64,000 nt of DNA from the NCBI GenBank assembly GCA_040006935.1, contig JBDTVZ010000002.1:43904-107903 (forward strand). Reading direction: 5' to 3'. The notes beneath the pieces are model-generated. The model ran no database searches. It saw nothing but the letters and a program-made list of their open reading frames with translations, and was not told the origin of the DNA. How positions within the stretch are numbered: the first letter of the stretch is position 1; each line of letters opens with the position of its first letter. The stretch comes from Candidatus Dojkabacteria bacterium. GTDB lineage: Bacteria; Patescibacteriota; Dojkabacteria; J137. This document shows positions 47,240 through 56,879 of this stretch, one piece after another. The position numbers were made by a program, and so were the translations under genes.

Positions 47240-48892
47240 GTGGAGAATTTCTTTTTAGAACTGACCGTAATTTTAATAATCGCCTCTGTTATTTCGATAC
47301 TTTTTAGGTACTTAAAGCAACCACCTATAATGGCTTATATTTTAACAGGTATTCTTGTTGCTCAACTCACTTTTTTTAGTAATGAAAGTAAAATTTCCTT
47401 GGAAATGCTATCACGGATTGGCATTACTCTATTACTTTTTGTCCTTGGTTTAGAATTCAAAGTTTTAGAATTAAGGTCTGTTGGGAAAGTCTCATTTATT
47501 ACGGCAATTAGTCATATAGCGATAGCGACTGTTGTTGGGTTTATAATTTGCTCTGTACTAGGGTTTAGTCCAGTTGAGGCATTATTTCTAGCATTTGCCT
47601 TAACTTTCTCGAGTACAATTATTATTGTAAAACTTTTATCTGATAAGAAGGATCTGACCAGTTTACATGGAAAAATTGCTGTGGGTTATTTATTAGTCCA
47701 GGATTTTTGTGCAATATTATCCTTAATATTTCTCGCAGGATTTCACGATGGACAAGCACCCGGGTTAGATATTTTAATGATTTCTTTAGTCAAAGCTCTT
47801 TTTCTAATTACAATCACAATTATTTTTAGTCAGTATGTTTTTCCAAAGTTGATACATTCTCTTTCGAGGTCTAGTGAGATTTTATTTGTAGCAAGTTTAG
47901 CTTGGGCATTTGGAATGGCAAGTTTAGTTAGTTCTTCTCCCATTGGATTCTCGATTGAAATTGGTGGGTTTTTAGCTGGACTAGCTTTAGCAAACTCCGA
48001 AGAAAGTACACAAATTATCTCGAAGGTTAAATCTTTACGAGATTTTTTCATTGTTTTGTTTTTTGTAGTTTTAGGGACTCAATTAAATTTTAGTGATCTT
48101 GATATTGTAATTGTGCCAGCTCTTATTCTCTCGGTATTTGTACTTATTGGAACACCTGTGACAGTGATGATTATTTTAGGTTTATTAGGATACAAGAGTA
48201 GAACTAGTTTTTTAGTCGGACTATCCGTAGCGCAAATATCTGAGTTCAGCTTAAGTTTAATAATACTAGGACAGCAATTGGGTCAAGTTAGTGAGAAAGC
48301 CGTTGGGGTTGTAACAATTGTAGCAATAATAACATTTACTTTATCAACCTATTTGATAACAAATGGAGATAAAGTTTACGATCTACTTTCACCTTACTTA
48401 AAGATTTTTGAACGTAAAGGGAAAAATCTGGAAATCTATACTGCCACAAAAGATCTTAATAATCATATAGTTTTACTTGGCGCTGATCGAATGGGACGAA
48501 GTATGCTTAAAACTTTGAAAGATCAGAAAGAAGATATTTTAGTTATGGACTTTAACCCAGACATTACAAAGAATTTAAAAGATGATGGCTATAATGTCAT
48601 TTTTGGAGATATCGCAGATGAAGATATACTTAATAAAGCTGGCCTTGATAAAGCAAAAATTATTTTGTCCACAATTTCTGATTTTGAAGATAATATTATT
48701 CTTCTGAACTTTTTGAAATTGCAAATGAAAAACAAAGAGTTTAAGCCAATTATTATAGTTACATCTCATTTAGAAAATGACAAAACTGAATTAATGGAAG
48801 CTGGTGCAAATTACGTTATTATGCCATATCACTCTGCAGGGAAGTACTTGGCGAAGTTGATAAGATCCGGACAGATTGAAGACCTAATTTAA
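47240..48892 (+). CDS. CPA2 (Kef-type) cation:proton antiporter with C-terminal RCK/TrkA-N domain
   Basis: Twelve-plus TM helices. Rossmann VLLGADRMGRSMLKTL. Confidence 0.8.
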   Translation: MENFFLELTVILIIASVISILFRYLKQPPIMAYILTGILVAQLTFFSNESKISLEMLSRIGITLLLFVLGLEFKVLELRSVGKVSFITAISHIAIATVVGFIICSVLGFSPVEALFLAFALTFSSTIIIVKLLSDKKDLTSLHGKIAVGYLLVQDFCAILSLIFLAGFHDGQAPGLDILMISLVKALFLITITIIFSQYVFPKLIHSLSRSSEILFVASLAWAFGMASLVSSSPIGFSIEIGGFLAGLALANSEESTQIISKVKSLRDFFIVLFFVVLGTQLNFSDLDIVIVPALILSVFVLIGTPVTVMIILGLLGYKSRTSFLVGLSVAQISEFSLSLIILGQQLGQVSEKAVGVVTIVAIITFTLSTYLITNGDKVYDLLSPYLKIFERKGKNLEIYTATKDLNNHIVLLGADRMGRSMLKTLKDQKEDILVMDFNPDITKNLKDDGYNVIFGDIADEDILNKAGLDKAKIILSTISDFEDNIILLNFLKLQMKNKEFKPIIIVTSHLENDKTELMEAGANYVIMPYHSAGKYLAKLIRSGQIEDLI

Positions 48893-48925
48893 TGAAAAAT
48901 TAAGAAATTTCCACTCCTTTTAAGG

Positions 48926-48955
48926 ACCTGCCTGGCGCGACGGCAGGCAGGTCGT
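48926..48955. terminator. Palindrome gacctgcctg-gcgcgacg-gcaggcaggtc between convergent kef and lysS
   Basis: 10-bp GC stem of the CCTGCCTG/CAGGCAGG repeat family, between a plus-strand stop (48892) and a minus-strand stop (48977). Confidence 0.5.
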
Positions 48956-48976
48956 AATCCTCAATTTTTTTATTTG

Positions 48977-50536
48977 TTAATTTTGTGACTCTCCGTGCTT
49001 CGCCTTTTCCTGACGATCAAATTCATCCTTCAATTCTGGATAAAGTTTCCTTGTAGCTTCATCGATGGTGAATTTTAATTGTGGGAAAGGAACTCCTTCT
49101 TTTGCAGTCACTCCTTCGAAAAACCAGAATACTCTTTCTGAATGACCCCATCCCACTGTTGGTGGCATTCCATATTCAAGCATTTCCACAAAATCGATAT
49201 CTAACATTTGTGCTTCGTCATCTCCAGCATCTCTTAGTCCTTGTTGCTCTGTAAATCTCTCTAATTGATCCAATGGATCATTTAGCTCAGAATAACCATT
49301 TCCTAGTTCGCTACCCGCTATTATTGGCTGAAATCTATCAGTAATCTGATCATTCTCAAGATTAGATTTCGCCAACGGAGACATAAATTTTGGCACTCCA
49401 GTTAAAAATGCAGGGCCAGCGATGGTTTTTCTAATTACTTTCCATAAGTTATCCACTACTCTATTTCTATTGATATCTCCCTCTAGGTTTACACCTTTTT
49501 CTTCTAGAACTTTATTTAGCTTAACAACTGGATCGTTAATTACATCTACATTAAAAGTCGAATTTAATAGTGGAAGATAATCTAGAATTTCCCATTCTTT
49601 AGATAAATCTACATCAAAACCTTTAATTTTAAATTGTTGAGTTCGCCAAACTTCTTGCATTACATACCTATATAAATCCATGATTAATTTCATTCCGTCT
49701 TTATAATCCGCGTATGCCCAATAAAATTCCATTGCAACGTGCTCAGGAAGATGTTCTTCGCTCAAACCTTCATTTCTAAACCTTGGCCCTAAATCAAATA
49801 CTTTTTCAAAACCTCCACCAATCAATCTTTTTAATGGAAGTTCGTGTGAGATACGTAAATAGAAATCTTCTCCTAGTGCATCAAAATGAGTAACAAATGG
49901 TTTTGCATCTGCTCCACCTGTTGTGTGTTCTAGAACTGGAATATTAACTTCGTAAAATCCTTTTTTTGTTAAAAACTCTCGAGTTTTTTCCCAGAATATT
50001 GCTCTTCTTTCAAATCTTGCTCTGACTTCTGGATGAATGTTCATATCTAAGTATCTTCTTCTATATCTTTCTTCTTTCTCCTCCATTTCTGTTGGCATTG
50101 GCCTAATGGCTTTTGTAAGCAATCGTATATTTTTAGCAAGTATAGAAATTTCACCTCTTTGAGTTTTTGTAATTTCGCCTTTTACTTCTATAAAATCTCC
50201 TGTGTCTAAAAGATTTAATTCATCGAAACTTAGGGTATTTGAATCTTCTTTTTGTAATTCGTCACTTTTTACGTAAAGTTGAATTTTCCCGCTTGCATCT
50301 GTTATATCTGCAAATACAAGCTTCCCGTGAAGACGAAGGCTTGTGATTCTTCCAGCTAAAATAATTTCTTTACCATTAAATTCTTCAAATTTCTCTACTA
50401 TCTCTTTATTCGAATATTGCTTAGCAGACTTAGATGGGAATGGGTTTATTCCAAGTTCCCTTAACTTGTTTAATTTCTCTATTCTTAAATTTCTTTGACC
50501 TGCAAGGTCGGACGACTCTACTACTGTACTCGACAT
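48977..50536 (-). CDS. lysS: Lysyl-tRNA synthetase (class II)
   Basis: N-terminal OB-fold anticodon-binding region. Class II motifs FRNEG, GGADAKPF..., GIDR-like C-terminus. Confidence 0.9.
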   Translation of the reverse strand: MSSTVVESSDLAGQRNLRIEKLNKLRELGINPFPSKSAKQYSNKEIVEKFEEFNGKEIILAGRITSLRLHGKLVFADITDASGKIQLYVKSDELQKEDSNTLSFDELNLLDTGDFIEVKGEITKTQRGEISILAKNIRLLTKAIRPMPTEMEEKEERYRRRYLDMNIHPEVRARFERRAIFWEKTREFLTKKGFYEVNIPVLEHTTGGADAKPFVTHFDALGEDFYLRISHELPLKRLIGGGFEKVFDLGPRFRNEGLSEEHLPEHVAMEFYWAYADYKDGMKLIMDLYRYVMQEVWRTQQFKIKGFDVDLSKEWEILDYLPLLNSTFNVDVINDPVVKLNKVLEEKGVNLEGDINRNRVVDNLWKVIRKTIAGPAFLTGVPKFMSPLAKSNLENDQITDRFQPIIAGSELGNGYSELNDPLDQLERFTEQQGLRDAGDDEAQMLDIDFVEMLEYGMPPTVGWGHSERVFWFFEGVTAKEGVPFPQLKFTIDEATRKLYPELKDEFDRQEKAKHGESQN

Positions 50537-50769
50537 AAATAATTAATAAAATTTACTGTGGAAATTATAACTGAATATGAGAATTAAATCATGCAATATC
50601 TATGTTGTGAAGCTATTTTTCATGTATAATTTCTGTGTAATTTACTAAAATTACATATGAACAAGAAAACAGTGGAGTTAGCACAAATCACTTGTGAGAC
50701 TTATAAAGTTCAAATAGTTGTGTAAATTTAGGGCTGAGCGAAGCAAATATTAACTAATCGTACTTATAC

Positions 50770-50997
50770 CTACATTTCGCCTACCAAATCCAGAGGAAAA
50801 TTTTCTAGGCAAAATTTAACAATAAGATCCTCATCACTTAAAGACTTTAAAAATCCTTGAGGATAATTGTCTTTTGGATTGGTATTTCCAGCTACGTGCC
50901 TAGGAGAATATTTGTCTCTTAAATATCCGAGTATCTCCCCTCTTGCAGCATCGTCAATAGCAGCTCTCCCTCCTTCAGGTATAAAAATGTAATTCAA
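50770..50997 (-). CDS. Hypothetical small protein
   Basis: ORF only. Confidence 0.25.
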   Translation of the reverse strand: MNYIFIPEGGRAAIDDAARGEILGYLRDKYSPRHVAGNTNPKDNYPQGFLKSLSDEDLIVKFCLENFPLDLVGEM

Positions 50998-51042
50998 TAC
51001 ACATTTATAGAAATATCTAAAAGCCTGAGTTACGTTACCATT

Positions 51043-51639
51043 TCATTCAATCCCTCTAATGACGAGAACCATGTTATCCACTTCTCTATGGAGATTTTTT
51101 ATTGGTGTTTGTCTTGCTGCTTCTCTATCTTCATTTAATTTACTATCAATGTAAGAATTAGCCAGCGCTTCAAAAGTAATTTGTTTATCTGATTTCCAAT
51201 AAATCTCCTTCATCAGTTTTAAAGCTAGAGGACCCAGTTGTGGATGAATAAATAAATGTTGAAGTATAACTAAAAGCATTCTTTGTCGAATATAATTTTC
51301 CTGTGCGATTATATCTTCTGGAGAAGTGTCATTTATACTAAAATAAACATATGATCCTTGTTGAATAGCTAAATAAGAATTATGCAGAATATGGAATACA
51401 ATTTCCTTCCTAATCTCAAGAATGCGTAAAGCAGTTATTTCACCTATCTCATCTTCTTCAACAGGAATAGTTCTTGTGCCATCAGGTAATCTTTGTGTTG
51501 TACTTCTTCCACCTTCAGACAGATATTTTTCAAATAATTGTTGAGCTTGTTCTTCAGGAGAGAGAGTATCTTCTATTGGGGGATCTATAAATTTTAATTC
51601 TCTCAACTCTGCAAGAAGTTCATCTTCTGTTGTTGCCAT
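51043..51639 (-). CDS. Hypothetical protein
   Basis: ORF only. Confidence 0.35.
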   Translation of the reverse strand: MATTEDELLAELRELKFIDPPIEDTLSPEEQAQQLFEKYLSEGGRSTTQRLPDGTRTIPVEEDEIGEITALRILEIRKEIVFHILHNSYLAIQQGSYVYFSINDTSPEDIIAQENYIRQRMLLVILQHLFIHPQLGPLALKLMKEIYWKSDKQITFEALANSYIDSKLNEDREAARQTPIKNLHREVDNMVLVIRGIE

Positions 51640-51889
51640 AAATTGTCTTCAGTAATAAATAAAGATTAACTTTACTAAAATACTTACTTTATAGATAAAT
51701 AATGTATTCTAATTGTTAATATTTACATTTCAGCTTATCTAAAAATTTCACAAGTTACAAGAAAATTATTTTATGCCATTCTGGAATTGTTATAAATAAA
51801 TGACATTTTTAAATCAACTACATTTTTAGTAGAGTTTAATTCTAGTCTATTTCCAACCTTTTCATAATATTTCATGGTAGAATTTATTT

Positions 51890-52582
51890 ATGAATTACTT
51901 TCAAACAGATAGCATCAGCCTTTCAAATCCAAACGAAGAAGAGATTACTAGCCAATACAACAAAGGCTTTGTATTAACTCGAAAAGACAAAGGTGATTTT
52001 ATTCAAACAAGATCTCTGAGGATAGATCTATCACAATTTGTTCCGAGCTCTGAGAATAGAAGAATTTTAAATAAAAATATTGATTTACAAATAGAGTTTC
52101 ACACCCTTCCGCTTTCAGATTACACATGGGAAATTCATAATCTTGGGAAAACATTCTACACAGAACGTTTTGGAGATGGAACTATGAGTGCATCGAAGAT
52201 AAAAGAGATGTTTACAGATTCTGGTAAAAGTAACATGAATGCCGTATTTGTGTATAGGTACAAGAATAGCGAGACAGATCAGCCGATTGGAGAAGGCTAC
52301 GCTCTTTGTTACTATAACCAATATATAATACATTACGCCTACCCTTTCTATAATCTAAAAAGTGCCAAAGAAAATAATCTCGGTATGGCTATGATGCTAA
52401 AGGCAATACTTTATGCAAAAGAAAATGGGCAGAAATATATATATTTAGGCTCTATTGTAGAAAAAAAATCTCTATATAAACTTCAATTTTCTGGACTAGA
52501 ATGGTTCAATACTGAGACAAAGTTATGGGAAAATGACATTGAAAAATTAAAGAGTTTGGTCAACTCTTCTGCTACCGATTAA
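51890..52582 (+). CDS. Arginyl/leucyl-tRNA--protein transferase-like (Ate1/Bpt C-terminal domain) protein
   Basis: NNLGMAMMLKAILYAKENGQKYIYLGSIVEKKSLYKLQFSGLEWF resembles the Bpt/ATE_C core (SLG...YLYLGYwI...YK..F.P.E). Confidence 0.4.
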   Translation: MNYFQTDSISLSNPNEEEITSQYNKGFVLTRKDKGDFIQTRSLRIDLSQFVPSSENRRILNKNIDLQIEFHTLPLSDYTWEIHNLGKTFYTERFGDGTMSASKIKEMFTDSGKSNMNAVFVYRYKNSETDQPIGEGYALCYYNQYIIHYAYPFYNLKSAKENNLGMAMMLKAILYAKENGQKYIYLGSIVEKKSLYKLQFSGLEWFNTETKLWENDIEKLKSLVNSSATD

Positions 52583-52629
52583 TAGTAACAGTTATTGAAT
52601 CTCAGGATTAAAAAGAGTATAATTAAAGA

Positions 52630-52998
52630 ATGAATTTACTCGAATTTATAAATAAAACTGAATCTACTAAGAATATTGGTCAGGTAGAATGTATGTCCAT
52701 AGAAGAAGCTACCTCTACACTAGTAAGCTTAATGTCTAGTATGGGCATGGCAAATCCAACAACTCCAACGAACTCATCACTAAAAGGCGTAACTATTACA
52801 AAAAAAGGTAGAAATATAGTAATTACATTAAGTATGTTTAACCCTCCAATCACTTTTGTTTGGACAGGTTTAATGCCAGCAAAATCTTTACCAGATATAA
52901 TTGCTAAAATTATTAATGAGAAAAAGAAGATTGGCAGTATAAATAATATCACACTCTCTGATGGCTCAAAATACGTTCAAGTAGGAGTTACTCGTTAA
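52630..52998 (+). CDS. Hypothetical protein
   Basis: ORF only. Confidence 0.3.
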   Translation: MNLLEFINKTESTKNIGQVECMSIEEATSTLVSLMSSMGMANPTTPTNSSLKGVTITKKGRNIVITLSMFNPPITFVWTGLMPAKSLPDIIAKIINEKKKIGSINNITLSDGSKYVQVGVTR

Positions 52999-53226
52999 AA
53001 CTCACGGGAAAACTAGATGGAATCGAAACTACTGGTTCGTTATTCTCACTCACAATCGCTGGGGCAGGTGCGATAAAATTCTGGAAAATTAATACTAAGA
53101 CTAATAGTATATTCAAAACAAGTACAAATACTCCAAAAGGTATTATATATTTCCCATTATCAGAACCCATATAAAAATTATTAAAAAATATACTCACCTA
53201 CTCTTACAAGCAGGTGAGTTCTTGGC

Positions 53227-54090
53227 TTATGAGTTCAATGCTGCATCAACAGTTGCCTTCATATCGTTATAACTATATGCACCAGCATAGTTAGTTGTAT
53301 TTACAAAGAATCCTGGTGTTCCTTGAACTCCAAACTCAACTCCTTTTGCTTGATCTTCAGTTAATTTTGAATCGAATTTTTTACTATCAATACAAGATTT
53401 TAGTGTATCTAAATTAACTCCATTGACTTTACCTTTCATAGCATTGATAAGATCCGCAGTTTTGGATGTATCATTTTTAATTGTATCATTTTGTAAAGTA
53501 TATCCGGCATCACTATAGAAAAAATCATGTACTTCCCAGAATTTTCCTTGGTCATTTCCACAGTAAATTGCTCTTGTACCCATCTCTCCATTTCCATGTC
53601 CATTTGTATAAACCCACAGATAAGAAGCTTTCCCTTCATCTACTAATTTTTTAAACTCAGGCACTGGTGCAAGATAAGTTCCCCCGTCTGCAACTAGTTT
53701 AAACTGATCTCCAGCACTTGTATTAAGTGGACCATCCAACCCTCCAGCAATATGGCAATATGGACATGATGGATCTGAGAATTCAACAAAGGTTACCTTA
53801 GCATTCGAATCTCCGTATTTAATAACATTTGGGATGCTAAACAAAGCCTTAACTTGATCTATTGTTACTGCGGTAGTTCCAGCAACTGCAGGTGGAGTGG
53901 TAGTAGTGGCTGCTGTAGTTGTGATTGTAATACCTTTTACTGCTGTTGCAATATTATTCAAGCTAAATAACAAAGTAGAAGCTATTAATAAACCGGAAAG
54001 TAAAATAGCCCCTGGTACAAAAAGTTTTTCTACATTAATTGTGACCGTTTGTGATTTCTCTTCAATAAGTGCAGGTGTTTCTTTTGCCAT
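53227..54090 (-). CDS. DsbA-like thiol:disulfide oxidoreductase, membrane-anchored
   Basis: CPYC active site in FSDPSCPYCHIAGG. N-terminal TM helix. Confidence 0.7.
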   Translation of the reverse strand: MAKETPALIEEKSQTVTINVEKLFVPGAILLSGLLIASTLLFSLNNIATAVKGITITTTAATTTTPPAVAGTTAVTIDQVKALFSIPNVIKYGDSNAKVTFVEFSDPSCPYCHIAGGLDGPLNTSAGDQFKLVADGGTYLAPVPEFKKLVDEGKASYLWVYTNGHGNGEMGTRAIYCGNDQGKFWEVHDFFYSDAGYTLQNDTIKNDTSKTADLINAMKGKVNGVNLDTLKSCIDSKKFDSKLTEDQAKGVEFGVQGTPGFFVNTTNYAGAYSYNDMKATVDAALNS

Positions 54091-54241
54091 AAGTATATGT
54101 TAATTAAAATAAAAAATTCTGTAAAAATGTAGTGCAGTGTTTATTTTATTCAAATAAGGTCCATTTATCAAGAGGATATAAATACCGATTTAGCAATTGA
54201 ACTAACTGACAACGGGATTCATTCGGAGAAAATTTTATAAT

Positions 54242-54583
54242 TCATTTGAAAGTACACACTTGAACGCAGTTTTGCGTGCAAATAGATTCGCCTGAAAGAT
54301 TTCTGCATACAGAAGCACACGCATTATATGCACCTGAAAGATCTCTGCATTGTGGTTCGCTTATATTTTCACATTCTTTGGAAGAACTAATCCAGGTTCC
54401 TCCAGAAGTTATACATTGAGAAGACACATCTACTATACTTACATCTTTAATATTATTTTGATTTTGAAGCTGAGTAGCTATCACAAAACCTAACAAACCT
54501 ACTCCAAAAGCAACAATTACTAGAAGAACCAACCCTGCAACAATAAAATAAATAACATTTTTATCTTGTTGTTTTTTATTCAT
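54242..54583 (-). CDS. Small Cys-rich membrane-anchored protein
   Basis: TM helix plus 8 Cys. Confidence 0.35.
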   Translation of the reverse strand: MNKKQQDKNVIYFIVAGLVLLVIVAFGVGLLGFVIATQLQNQNNIKDVSIVDVSSQCITSGGTWISSSKECENISEPQCRDLSGAYNACASVCRNLSGESICTQNCVQVCTFK

Positions 54584-54682
54584 AGATCAATATTACCAAG
54601 AATGCAAAGATTTCACAAAAATTCCTGAAATAAGCACTGTGTTAAAATCTTTTTAATTGATATCTTTTAATTTTTAATTAAT

Positions 54683-55921
54683 TTGGAACCTTTAGCTTCA
54701 AAATTTCGACCACAAAATCTTAATGAATTTATTGGACAAGAACATCTTGTTGGTGAAGGTAAACCTATACGAAAATTTATAGAAACTGGAAATATTCCTT
54801 CAATGATTTTTTGGGGACCTCCTGGAACTGGGAAAACTACATTAGCTTATATTATTTCTAAAACTGTTCATGCAGATTTTTACAAACTTTCTGCGGTAAT
54901 GAGTGGGAAAGCACAACTTATGGATATTATTAAAAAAGCCATGAAGCAAAGCCAATCCCCTACTTTAACAGGTGGCGATAAGACAATCTTATTTCTGGAT
55001 GAAATTCATCGATGGAATAAATCTCAACAGGATGCATTACTTCCTTATGTTGAAAAAGGTGTAATAATTTTAATTGGAGCGACGACTGAAAACCCATCCT
55101 TTAGTTTAATCCCTGCTCTGCTTTCAAGGTGTAGAGTGTTTACATTTCAAAAGCATGAGACTACGGATGTGGAAAAATATGTGAATTTACTCGTTGAAAA
55201 ACTAAATAACACCCCCGACTTCGTCATCCCTTCTTTATCAAAGAGGGGGAAGGGGGGAGTTGATATTGATAAAGAATCTATTGAATTTATTGCGAAAGCA
55301 TCAGATGGAGATTTAAGAACATCAGCAAATATTTTAGAATCTACTCTATTTGCAGGGGAAGGGGAAATTAATAAAGAAATTTTGAAGAAGACGGTAGAAA
55401 ATTTCTTACAATACGAAAGTAGAGGTGAGGACCATTACAATATAATTTCTGCAGTACATAAATCTTTAAGGGATTCTGATCCAGATGCAGGAGTTTATTG
55501 GGTTACTAGAATGCTGGAAGCTGGAGATGATCCACTTTATATCGCACGAAGACTTTTGAGGTTCGCATCCGAAGATATTGGAAATGCTGATCCACAAGCT
55601 GTGATTTTAGCAAATACAATTTTTGAAACTTGTCAAAAATTAGGAAGACCAGAATGTGATGTGGCATTAATTCAACTAGCAATTTATTTAGCCAGAGCTC
55701 CAAAAAGCAACGAAGCTTATTTTGCAAGTAATTTAGCAAAGCAAGATGTGCAAGAATATGGTTCGCTTCCTGTGCCCTTGCATATTAGGAACGCACCTAC
55801 TAAACTGATGAAAGAATTAAACTATGGGAAAGGTTATAAATATGCCCATGATTATAAAGATGCGAAAGTGGATCAAGAACATTTGCCTGATCAATTGAAA
55901 AATAAGAAATATACTAAATAA
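54683..55921 (+). CDS. rarA: Recombination factor RarA/MgsA AAA+ ATPase with in-frame palindromic insertion
   Basis: FWGPPGTGKTT, LFLDEIHRWNKSQQDALLPYVEKG, C-terminal MgsA domain. Insertion peptide PDFVIPSLSKRGKGGVDID. Confidence 0.85.
   Translation: MEPLASKFRPQNLNEFIGQEHLVGEGKPIRKFIETGNIPSMIFWGPPGTGKTTLAYIISKTVHADFYKLSAVMSGKAQLMDIIKKAMKQSQSPTLTGGDKTILFLDEIHRWNKSQQDALLPYVEKGVIILIGATTENPSFSLIPALLSRCRVFTFQKHETTDVEKYVNLLVEKLNNTPDFVIPSLSKRGKGGVDIDKESIEFIAKASDGDLRTSANILESTLFAGEGEINKEILKKTVENFLQYESRGEDHYNIISAVHKSLRDSDPDAGVYWVTRMLEAGDDPLYIARRLLRFASEDIGNADPQAVILANTIFETCQKLGRPECDVALIQLAIYLARAPKSNEAYFASNLAKQDVQEYGSLPVPLHIRNAPTKLMKELNYGKGYKYAHDYKDAKVDQEHLPDQLKNKKYTK
55210..55262. repeat. Family-B palindromic element inside rarA (cacccccgacttcgtcatcccttctttatcaaagagggggaaggggggagttg)
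   Basis: Same ends and G/C hairpin layout as 3601-3688. The encoded KRGKGGV parallels VKGGQGGF. Confidence 0.6.
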
Positions 55922-56878
55922 TTATTTCTTCTTCCCTTTCTTTTTCTTCTCTTTCTTCTTTGAAGTTTTTTGAGGCTGCGGTTGAGATTTCTTTTTTCTT
56001 AAAGATTTCAATTTATTAAATCTTTCTATAAAAGATATTTTAAGATTAGTATTATTTTCGAGAATATAACCAATCCAGTGAATTGTGAATAAGGAGACTA
56101 AAATAAATACTAAAATTAATGCTGCTGGAATAACAAAATTTGATCCTAATCCAATGGTAGTTATAGCAATAAGAATAGCACTTATTGAAAGAATCTCTCG
56201 ATTGTATTTATCCACAAATTTTCTATAAATACTTCCTAAGTAAGAAAAGGTATTTACTTCGTTTACTTTATCTGAGCTTAAATAGTATATGAAAAATAAG
56301 CTGAGACTTCCGAGCAGAGTTAAGGTTAGAGCTAAAGATGTTACTTTATAATACCTGGAGATTAAACTTAGTATTCCCAGGTCTATAATTGCACTAAACG
56401 TTATTCCAAAAAATAGTACTAAATAAGATCCTAGAATATATTTTAAATCCCCACCTTTACCAGATATAAAATAAAAATGTATTGCAGCGGCAGATAGGAA
56501 TAGTAAGTAGAATGCTCCTATCAGTAAGGTTAGATTATTTCTTTTAAGTTCAGAGACTTCTTTCAATTTGACTGTAACTTCAGGATAATCTTTAATTAAA
56601 TTATCAATGTTATTTTTTACTTCGCTAAAATCTATAGTTTGGAATTCTACTATATTTTCTGATCTATCAACTTTCGCTACATTTAGCAGTATTACAGTTT
56701 TATCTAATAATTCTTTTAATTTACCTGAGTTTTCAGAAGAATATTTAACTTCTATAGAAGGTTTAAAATCAGAGAAATAAAATATATTGTTACCAATAAA
56801 TAAACCAAAGGATATTAGAACAAATGCGGGAATTGATAATAATAGCAAATTTGTTTTTAAGTTTAATCTTCTGAGCAT
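55922..56878 (-). CDS. Six-TM membrane protein, SecF-like topology (divergent)
   Basis: 1 TM, a periplasmic segment, then 5 TM. Lys-rich C-terminal tail. Lies immediately downstream of a SecD-like ORF. Confidence 0.3.
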   Translation of the reverse strand: MLRRLNLKTNLLLLSIPAFVLISFGLFIGNNIFYFSDFKPSIEVKYSSENSGKLKELLDKTVILLNVAKVDRSENIVEFQTIDFSEVKNNIDNLIKDYPEVTVKLKEVSELKRNNLTLLIGAFYLLFLSAAAIHFYFISGKGGDLKYILGSYLVLFFGITFSAIIDLGILSLISRYYKVTSLALTLTLLGSLSLFFIYYLSSDKVNEVNTFSYLGSIYRKFVDKYNREILSISAILIAITTIGLGSNFVIPAALILVFILVSLFTIHWIGYILENNTNLKISFIERFNKLKSLRKKKSQPQPQKTSKKKEKKKKGKKK

Positions 56879-56879
56879 G

